64,000 nucleotides of DNA, from the NCBI RefSeq assembly GCF_001194135.2, contig NC_068984.1, positions 32,865,819 to 32,929,818 of the forward strand. Reading direction: 5' to 3'. Under the pieces are notes generated by a model, which was not told the DNA's origin, did no database searches, and saw only the letters and a list, made by a program, of their open reading frames with translations. Shown here piece by piece: positions 54,201-64,000 of this stretch; position 1 is the first letter of the stretch; each line of letters begins with the position of its first letter. The DNA comes from Octopus bimaculoides. Its lineage: Eukaryota. Position numbers and translations under genes: made by a program.

Positions 54201-55109
54201 AAAAGAGGTGAAAGGAAAATAGTGAATGGTAAAAGCAAGATAATTGATTGAGAGTGGAGCGGGGAAAGCTTTGTAGAGAGTGTTTTATGAAGGGCTTGTG
54301 AAAGTACTTTCCCGCTGGTTCCATTTGAAATGTTGACCTTTGGTGAAAAATATAATGGTCAGACGTTTTTCAAATTCTTTTCTTATGGCTGAAACAACTA
54401 TCTTAATGTAATAAAGATAAACTTCAGTTGTATATGTATGTGTGTATCATCTACAACACAACATAAACCCAGAACATAATACAGGACACTACTAACCTTA
54501 CCAATTATAATAATCCCACTAATCTCCATAAATCCCATACACCATCCATATTCTGGTATATCTACCGTAATTGCATCACTTTCAGAACTGCTTACCTCCC
54601 TTGCATGTAATCTTTTCACTTAGTTACTATTAGATGTAACTCCGTTTGGAAATCAATGTTCATTTAAAGTCAGTGATCAGCTCTGACGATACCAGTATGA
54701 CTTTGAATCTCTATAATGATTCATAATAATGATTTTTATACTTCATAATTCCACCTCAAATCATTTAATTGTATGTATATATCTTTGCTTTTATTAAAAA
54801 TGCCTTTATTTTTTATATCTAGTGTACATTTTTTGTANNNNNNNNNNNNNNNNNNNNNNNNNNNNNNNNNNNNNNNNNNNNNNNNNNNNNNNNNNNNNNN
54901 NNNNNNNNNNNNNNNNNNNNNNNNNNNNNNNNNNNNNNNNNNNNNNNNNNNNNNNNNNNNNNNNNNNNNNNNNNNNNNNNNNNNNNNNNNNNNNNNNNNN
55001 NNNNNNNNNNNNNNNNNNNNNNNNNNNNNNNNNNNNNNNNNNNNNNNNNNNNNNNNNNNNNNNNNNNNNNNNNNNNNNNNNNNNNNNNNNNNNNNNNNNN
55101 NNNNNNNNN

Positions 55110-55154
<45 letters not shown>

Positions 55155-56252
55155 AATACTCACACACACGCACACACAAAAACATATATGTGTGTGTGCG
55201 CACGTGTGTGTGTGTATGTTTTTGAGTGTGTGTGTGTGTGTGCGCGCGCGCATGTGTGTGTATAACAGAAAAGAAACCCATATTCATTAAGCTTGATACG
55301 TTTTGATATGAATTTCAATTAATCTTTCGAGCTGTGCTATTCAACGATGAAGAAATATTCTTCTACTTCACCGGTTCCAGGCTCCGCTTTCCGTTTTCCG
55401 TTTCACGGTACTATAATCTACGTACAACAGTTTTCTCTTTATTTCCAAACTGACTTGTCCGCTTGAATATCGTCTATAGTCTTCTACTATAACAGATATT
55501 CTTGTCTTACGAAAGCCTCGCTGAGATTGCACGTTTGCACATATAACAATACCTACGTATATATAGTAAAAGTATTCCTCCTACATACGAATAACCATCT
55601 TCTCTTTCTCACAAACACGCAAGAAAGTGTATATATAAAATGTCGCACGGATATAAATGCTTATTTGCCCACACACATATAACACACTGCCCGAACACGG
55701 ACGAAATCACACACATACTATGTACTCTTATGCGAGCAACTTACCGGCACATATGCACTTTATATATGAGAATGTGTTAAAGCGTTCACATATGAACGTG
55801 TGTGTGTGTGTTGCAAGTGGCTATGTATGCGTGTAATGAGCGGAGAGACGGAAGAGGGGGAAAAGTAAGTCAACAGACAAATAGAAAATCAGAAATTAAT
55901 AAGAAATAAAATTGTGTGTCAGACCGAAAAAGCATATCTTCTAAAATGGGAGGAGATTATGACAGGGAATGACGTTCACACGGAGAATCGAGTAAAGAGA
56001 AACATAGACATGAGATACAGAGAGAGAGAGAGAGGGAGAGAGAGAAAGAAAGAGAGAGAGAGAGAGAGAAGGGGAGACAGAAAAGGGAGACATTAGAGAC
56101 TATGGAATATGGAATGATGGAAAATGTAAATCCGGTGGAAGTGATGGAATGGGAATACAACTGAGGCAATAAGGATTAATTGCAACTAAGACACAATGAA
56201 TATGACGGGAAAAAAAATATATATTGATGATGATGATAACGACAACCACGGC

Positions 56253-56309
56253 GAAGAAGAAGAAGAAGAAGAAGAAGAAGAAGAAGAAGAAGAAGAAGAA
56301 GAAGAAGAA

Positions 56310-56407
<98 letters not shown>

Positions 56408-56441
56408 AGAAGAAGAAGAAGAAGAAGAAGAAGAAGAAGAA

Positions 56442-56515
<74 letters not shown>

Positions 56516-56582
56516 AGAAGAAGAAGAAGAAAGGATGAAGTAAAAGAGAAAGAAGAAGAAGAAAAGGAAGAAGAAGAAGAAG

Positions 56583-56615
<33 letters not shown>

Positions 56616-56857
56616 AAGTGAAAGAAGAAGAAAAAGAAGAAGAAAAAGAAGAAGAAAAAGAAGAAGAAGAAGAAGAAGAAAACGAAGAAGAAGAAGAAGA
56701 AGAAGAAGTCGGCGAAGAAGAAGAAGAAGAAGTCGGCGAAGAAGAAGAAGAAGAAAGAGAAGAAGAAGAAGAAGAAGAAAGAGAAGAAGAAGAAGAAGAA
56801 GAAGAAGAAGAAGAAGAAGAAGAAGAAGAAGAAGAAAAAGAAATAGAAGAAGAAAGA
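56253..56857. repeat. ~600-bp (GAA)n polypurine tract with variant units
   Basis: Direct reading; source of the poly-E/K/L/F/S ORFs. Confidence 0.98.
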
Positions 56858-57684
56858 TTAGGCATCGATGATGATAGCTATGTTGATGACGACGAAGGTG
56901 ATGGTGACGATGAGGGTTCTGATTTTGTCCAAAGAAGTTAGTGAGCGCGATGATAATTATAATGATGATGTTAGAGATGAAAACTGGTGTGAACGCATGC
57001 AAAAAAGAAAGAAGTTGCATTATCACATGCAGTCGTACCATGAATGGTATTGAATGGTATTAAAGCTAGCATGAATATTAAAGAATCAAGAATGACGGTG
57101 ATGGTGATGATGATGACGATGATGATGATGATGATGATGATGACGACGACGACGACGATGACGACAAAGACGACGATGATGGCGGCGATATCCATTATGT
57201 TGATCGTGAAAATATGAGGAAAGAGTGAATTGCGATAGATTAAGACGCGAAGAAGCTGAAAGTGAGGGGGTAAAAACAAGGAAGAGAAACAAAAGAGGCT
57301 AATGTTAAGGAAAGGGATGAGGATGTAGGATAAGACAGGAGATTTTTATAAATCTGGGTGTACAGAACCCTATAAAAAGACGGTTGAGTGAAGAATTTAT
57401 TCTGGCAAATAAACTGTCATGAAACATAGCCAGATGAGTTGGTGAAACAGAAATGCGAATCTAAGCTGTCAAAGACGATAAATAATCAATAGTCGGTTTT
57501 TAAATAAGCCGTTTCTGATCACGATATTGTTATAACCACATATTCTCCATAATTATAATGGGTATCATTAGCAAATGTATGTATGTGTTCATGCATTTGT
57601 ATATCCTATATGTATACCTATAATTCGTAATTTTTCTCACAGTCTCTTGAACCAGTCTCATTTCAGTAAGTCTGTGTGGAGTGT

Positions 57685-57762
<78 letters not shown>

Positions 57763-57935
57763 GGCGCAGGAATGGCTGTGTGGTAAGTAGCTTACCTACC
57801 AACCACATGGTTCCGGGTTCAGTCCCACTACATGGCACCTTGGGCAAGTGTCTTCTACTATAGCCTCGGGTCGACCAAAGCCTTGTGAGTGGATTTGGTA
57901 CAAGGAAACTACAAGAAGCCCGTCGTATATATGTT

Positions 57936-57968
<33 letters not shown>

Positions 57969-58170
57969 TTGTGTGTCTGTGTTTGTCCCGCAACCATCGC
58001 TTGACAACCAATGGTGGTGTGTTTACGTCCCCGTAACTTAGCGGTTCGGCAAACAGAGACCGATAGTATAAGTACTGGACTTACAAAGAATAAGTCCTGT
58101 GGTCTATTTTCTCGACCAAAGGCGGTGCTCCAGCATGGCCGCAGTCAAATGACTGAAACAAGTAAAGAGA
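57763..58170 (+). mobile_element. Full bipartite tRNA-SINE: module A (57763-57925), TA/TG microsatellite spacer, module B (57969-58170)
   Basis: A-box TGGCTGTGTGG (57772), B-box GGGTTCAGTCCC (57815); modules recur at 728, 20191, 24980 and 25961; flanked by (TA)n on both sides. Confidence 0.92.
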
Positions 58171-58247
<77 letters not shown>

Positions 58248-58276
58248 TACATACATACATATACTTACATACATAA

Positions 58277-58318
<42 letters not shown>

Positions 58319-58998
58319 TATACAAGCATGTAAGTGTATGTGCTTGGGTGCATCTATAAATGCCAATGCCAATATATGCATGTATATGTGTGTGTGGATA
58401 CACACATACATACACGTATATGTATATACTATCACATGTACGCTCATACATTCACACGCAAACACAACACGCACACGTGCACCTGTGTTTGTGTACAACC
58501 TGTGCAATTTTATGCATATATAAATATAACTGTGTGCGTGCATATATGTTATGTATATGTTATTAGTTTAAACGTTATATCCCTAATAAGCAAAATGCCA
58601 ATGTACTATAAATCACCGCAAATTTGGAACGAACATTAAATCAACTGTGTCTCCCCTTTCGTCAATTCTCTTTTGGACCATTGTGAAATTATTATCACTA
58701 TAGAATTTAGGGCAACACATGCTACCTATGAAATAAATTTTATGAGTTTCTAATGGAATTTTTCTTTTTTTGTTTTCCTTTTTGTTTTGTCTTTTCAGAA
58801 CGCTCATGTGAGCTGGAGTAAATGACGCTACAAAACAAAACGAATGGCCCTTTCTGGGAGTTTGTGAAGTGTATCGTGCCTTCCGAGATCACAGAAGAGT
58901 ACTTCATGAGTATACACGAACACATATGCACACGCACACACGCATGTATTGATACAGACAGACACACATGCACAAACACATGCACATACATATATATA

Positions 58999-59877
58999 CA
59001 GGATACGAAGTGTAAATTGTCGCCATTTCATATTATTAATTTCGGGCATGCAAATTATTTTTGATTTTGTCGACTACACAGTATAGTAGGGTCAGTTGGG
59101 TACCTCTGTGAGAAAAACAGCACCATGATGCAATTCACTTTGCCAGAAATTTTGAAATGACATGCTGTACTGCTTGGCATTTGTGCTGTAAGATCCAATA
59201 CGAATATTTCAGAGTGCTCGGGCCCCAATCTCACGACACTGCAAACTTCAGAACATGTACCGAGAGTGATAAAAATCAAACATCCAGTTAACATTATGGT
59301 GTTTGGAGTGATCACTACCGATGGATACGCTATGCCTCAATTCATCTTCCCACACGGCCTCAAACTCAACACGGAGGCCTAGTGCCTGGAGGAGGTAGTG
59401 CTTCCCTGGGACAAGAGGGTGGCTGCTGGAAGACCCTATGTCTGGCAACTGACTCTGTACCATGCGACATCAGCAGGAGAACCTATTCATGGATGTTAGA
59501 CAATTCCTGCGACCACATCACCCCTAACATCTTCCCACCTAATGCCCTAGACTGCAACTTCCTTGATTATTATGTGTGGGGCGCAGTTGAGCGAGAAATC
59601 AACAAAACTCCTTGTAACACCAAAGATGAACTGAAGGCAAGGATTGTGGCAGCATTTATCAACTTAAAACAAGAAGACCGTGAAGAATAGTTGCAGGAGA
59701 TTCGAAAGTCGTCTAGAGGTCGTGGTTGAAGCCAATGGCGGTTTTAGTGAATAGATTTACTCTTTTGTGTTTCAATATATTTTTATGTAATTTTGGTAAA
59801 TATATCTGTTAAAATGTGACGTAAGTGTAATTTTCATATGTGCGTAATTTAGACGACAGTTAATTCATCGCACCCTC
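58999..59877 (+). mobile_element. Tc1/mariner DD37D (maT-type) transposon, internally deleted and frameshifted
   Basis: KHPVNIMVFGVI..PQFIFPHGLKLNTE; DSVPC...WMLDN..FPPNALDCNFLDYYVWG with 37 residues between the last two D; RLEVVVEANGG; degenerate TIRs CAGGATACGAAGTGTAAATTGTCG / CGACAGTTAATTCATCGCACCCT. Confidence 0.92.
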
Positions 59878-60264
59878 TCTCTATATATAAAGTAAATAAG
59901 TAAGAAGGACGTCCAGGTATCAGTACATTACGGCCTGGTGCTTCAACTTGAGTACCTAATTCAATTGACCCTTACATATATACTAGCTGGATCCGCGAAA
60001 AATTCTCGGAAAATATAAAAAATGTTATCATCTGTATATAGTAACTTCATTTAATAAGTATGGAATAGTCATGGATAAGCAGGACCCTGGGAAATTCTAC
60101 GAAATACAAAAAATGTAAGCATCGAATTATAGTGCAGAAAACTAAAAGTAATGTCCAATATTGCCTAAGGACTCAGTACTTCGGATACAGCAATTAATCA
60201 TATTGTAGGAAAGTATAAGTAACATCCAATGTTTACTGTGGTTACGTGTCTGTCTACTCCTGCG

Positions 60265-60303
<39 letters not shown>

Positions 60304-60599
60304 CTTATCCGTGATAGAAAATTCTACAGAAAAAGTATTCCATCTGGTGAGAGATGAATATTATTATTTAAAGGTCACAATACATATATTAAAGAGCTAC
60401 TAATAGTTTGATATTTTGAGAGAAGACAAACATATTCTTCAGGCGCAAACCGAACATCATAACGAATTAAAACAATTGAATAAATTGAAGATACGCGATG
60501 AAGCCGAGGAGGCAGCATATAGAAAACGTAGATAATAGGCAACGGAAAACGAAAAACGGAAAACGAAATAAAGTGTGTAAAGTTAAAACGTTCTATCCT

Positions 60600-61200
60600 T
60601 AGGCATTAAATGATAAGGTTAGAAAGTCAGGAATAGGCAGAATTTTCCAATTCTTCAGAATACATTTATACATATGCATACAACCACTGAAAATTTCTGA
60701 AATAGTGTTCAATAGAGACTTAGATCTGAACAGGATCTGCGCTCTTTCAGCCAAACAAAGTCTACATTTATTCGATCCATTCACATTAGGTGTTGTTTCG
60801 GTATCTTTCAAAGTCCATACGTAGCTAGCCAACCTAGCACTTATACTTTTGTCCTTATTTCGGAAGAAGGCTATGTGATGGGCATAGCGATTTTTAAATT
60901 CTCCCTCACACAATCCGGTATAAGTCTCCCCATCGGTTGTATTATCATTTAGGGTTGCAGGAACTTCTGCATCATATATGATAGAGTTAATCTTACATCA
61001 TTGGTCAAGTGGACAGGATCCAGGGTCCCGACAGTTGCAGCAGGATTCAAGTTCTCGGTGTCAACCAAGTGCAATGATACTCTTCATACCTGGGCAGTTG
61101 CTATATGATAATTTCTCAGAACGCCTATTGAATAACTTTGTGGATATGTGAGTAGCTGGAAAGTGTTTGTCTAGAGGTGACAGGAATCTTTTACTACTTT
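60600..61200 (-). mobile_element. Penelope-like element: RT C-terminus, Zn linker and GIY-YIG endonuclease
   Basis: RFLSPLDKHFPATH..KLFNRRSEKLSYSNCPGMKSII; CNCRDPGSCPLD; TYTGLCEGEFKNRY..LASYVWTLKD..CRLCLAER..LLNTISEIFSGC. Confidence 0.92.
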
Positions 61201-61852
61201 ATCTTTGATAAATAAAATGAATACAATATATATATNNNNNNNNNNNNNNNNNNNNNNNNNNNNNNNNNNNNNNNNNNNNNNNNNNNNNNNNNNNNNNNNN
61301 NNNNNNNNNNNNNNNNNNNNNNNNNNNNNNNNNNNNNNNNNNNNNNNNNNNNNNNNNNNNNNNNNNNNNNNNNNNNNNNNNNNNNNNNNNNNNNNNNNNN
61401 NNNNNNNNNNNNNNNNNNNNNNNNNNNNNNNNNNNNNNNNNNNNNNNNNNNNNNNNNNNNNNNNNNNNNNNNNNNNNNNNNNNNNNNNNNNNNNNNNNNN
61501 NNNNNNNNNNNNNNNNNNNNNNNNNNNNNNNNNNNNNNNNNNNNNNNNNNNNNNNNNNNNNNNNNNNNNNNNNNNNNNNNNNNNNNNNNNNNNNNNNNNN
61601 NNNNNNNNNNNNNNNNNNNNNNNNNNNNNNNNNNNNNNNNNNNNNNNNNNNNNNNNNNNNNNNNNNNNNNNNNNNNNNNNNNNNNNNNNNNNNNNNNNNN
61701 NNNNNNNNNNNNNNNNNNNNNNNNNNNNNNNNNNNNNNNNNNNNNNNNNNNNNNNNNNNNNNNNNNNNNNNNNNNNNNNNNNNNNNNNNNNNNNNNNNNN
61801 NNNNNNNNNNNNNNNNNNNNNNNNNNNNNNNNNNNNNNNNNNNNNNNNNNNN

Positions 61853-61885
<33 letters not shown>

Positions 61886-61894
61886 GAGAGAGAA

Positions 61895-61926
<32 letters not shown>

Positions 61927-63262
61927 GGAGAGAGAAGGAGAGAGAGAGTGCATGGTGTATATATGTTTATATGTATGTGTGTCTGTATGTATATATGTAT
62001 ACATTTATACATTGGGCTATATGTGCAAGCTGAGATGGTGGAAGTAAAGTACATTAGAACATCGGGAAAAATGTCTTGCAGTATTCTTTGAAAGTATTTT
62101 CGGTCGATGTAAAGTAATGCATGCCAGACAAAATAATTCGCAAGCACCCTTCGCATTAAATTAGGTAGTGTTCTACCTAAATTTGACACAATATATATGC
62201 GTGAGTATGTTAAACATCTGTATGTTTTTTTCCCCCCATACTAAGTCTTGCCTCGTTCAGGCTTTAGAAAAAAAAATTAGTGCCTCTTCCTCAACTGTGC
62301 AATTTCGTTGCAATATCTATTTTTCGACATCGTCATTTATTTTTATTATCTAATATCATGTTTGAGTCGTTAACGTAGTGTTGTTAATTCATAATTTGTT
62401 TTCATTTTATTGGTAGATTTCATTAATAAATCCAATTCATTACATTCTCCACGGTAACCGTAGTGTATTTGCCTTTAGCAGTTAAAATATGTGACAAACA
62501 TATTTCAACCAACGTAAATTGTGATTACACGTAAACATTGCTTAGCCCATTTAATCCGATATATATNNNNNNNNNNNNNNNNNNNNNNNNNNNNNNNNNN
62601 NNNNNNNNNNNNNNNNNNNNNNNNNNNNNNNNNNNNNNNNNNNNNNNNNNNNNNNNNNNNNNNNNNNNNNNNNNNNNNNNNNNNNNNNNNNNNNNNNNNN
62701 NNNNNNNNNNNNNNNNNNNNNNNNNNNNNNNNNNNNNNNNNNNNNNNNNNNNNNNNNNNNNNNNNNNNNNNNNNNNNNNNNNNNNNNNNNNNNNNNNNNN
62801 NNNNNNNNNNNNNNNNNNNNNNNNNNNNNNNNNNNNNNNNNNNNNNNNNNNNNNNNNNNNNNNNNNNNNNNNNNNNNNNNNNNNNNNNNNNNNNNNNNNN
62901 NNNNNNNNNNNNNNNNNNNNNNNNNNNNNNNNNNNNNNNNNNNNNNNNNNNNNNNNNNNNNNNNNNNNNNNNNNNNNNNNNNNNNNNNNNNNNNNNNNNN
63001 NNNNNNNNNNNNNNNNNNNNNNNNNNNNNNNNNNNNNNNNNNNNNNNNNNNNNNNNNNNNNNNNNNNNNNNNNNNNNNNNNNNNNNNNNNNNNNNNNNNN
63101 NNNNNNNNNNNNNNNNNNNNNNNNNNNNNNNNNNNNNNNNNNNNNNNNNNNNNNNNNNNNNNNNNNNNNNNNNNNNNNNNNNNNNNNNNNNNNNNNNNNN
63201 NNNNNNNNNNNNNNNNNNNNNGAACATATTCTTACACAAATCAATATTGTAACACTTCTGAG

Positions 63263-63469
63263 GGAGCGGGCTGGCAGAATCGCTAGGACCACGAGCAAAA
63301 TGCATATCGTTCGTATTTACGTTCTTATTTCAAATTCCGCCGATGTCGAATTTGCTTTCATCATTTCGAGTCGATGAAATAAATACCAGTTCAGTACCGG
63401 GGTCGATTTAATTGACTCATTTCTTCCGCCGAACTTACTGGCCTTCTGCCAAAATTTAAAATCACTATT
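63263..63469 (+). mobile_element. Family D SINE
   Basis: GCTGGCAGAATCGCTAG head, TTCAAATTCCGCCGATGTCGAATTTGCTTTCATC core, ACTGGCCTTCTGCCAAAATTT end. Confidence 0.85.
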
Positions 63470-63941
63470 GTAAATTTCCTGAACGTGGGATACGAAAGTT
63501 GTGAGAAACTGTAATGAGTGATGGTGCTAAGATGTCACATGTTTAAAATATGCATAGGGAAGCAATCAAGAATTATTCAGATTGAATTTATTGACCGCAG
63601 ACCCATTTAATTTGGCCTCAGGTGTTAAGATGGAAATATTTTTGAACGAATTATTTGATAAGGAAGTATAATAGACCTATAAAAAAATTTTTCTGGAAAT
63701 GCGTTTTGTAACAGCTTTCAAATATGTTTCATTCACACACAAACATGCACACACACAAACATGCACACACACAAACACACACACACACACACTGTATGTG
63801 TGTATGCGTACATGACTCTCCATGTGTGTGTCTTTGCGTATGCGTACACAGATATATTATATCTAAAATTAATATGAATACATATGTATATATATATATA
63901 TACATACATTTCTATGTACATATAGATAAGATACATACATA

Positions 63942-63983
<42 letters not shown>

Positions 63984-64000
63984 CGTATGTATGTATATAT

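Noticed and set aside
56100-57041. 313-aa, 229-aa and poly-E/poly-K ORFs
   Set aside because: Translations of the (GAA)n tract, open in several frames on both strands.
57763-57835. tRNA gene
   Set aside because: A and B boxes are present but there is no cloverleaf; it continues into SINE body sequence.
59984-60260. TACTAGCTGGATCCGCG...CTCGGA start resembling a Helentron/HINE end
   Set aside because: Only a short imperfect hairpin; no matching 3' end identified.
62090-62190. SNLGRTLPNLMRRVL, Penelope-like RT tail
   Set aside because: Resemblance too short to call; separated from the 60.6-61.2-kb element by a gap.

Overview
AT-rich eukaryotic non-coding DNA from a gapped draft assembly. The microsatellite density and SINE types resemble an octopus/cephalopod genome (inference from recall, not from a search). 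No host protein-coding gene can be firmly supported; the ORF track is dominated by microsatellite, low-complexity and N-gap artefacts. Reading across frameshifts shows many decayed mobile elements: three R4/Dong LINE pieces, RTE, CR1-like and L1/Tx1-like LINE pieces, two Penelope GIY-YIG fragments, two mariner remnants, a DD37D (maT) Tc1/mariner element, a hAT transposase remnant, a hAT MITE and at least three tRNA-SINE families. Most notable: (1) a minimal hammerhead-ribozyme motif in a module just downstream of a tRNA-SINE (984-1018); (2) an RTE-tailed non-autonomous retroposon with four diverged ~65-nt units that keep a hairpin and, in two units, a possible pseudoknot (9144-9402); (3) two long near-perfect DNA hairpins next to assembly gaps; (4) a 96-bp locally templated insertion inside a SINE; (5) a few weak candidate exons.
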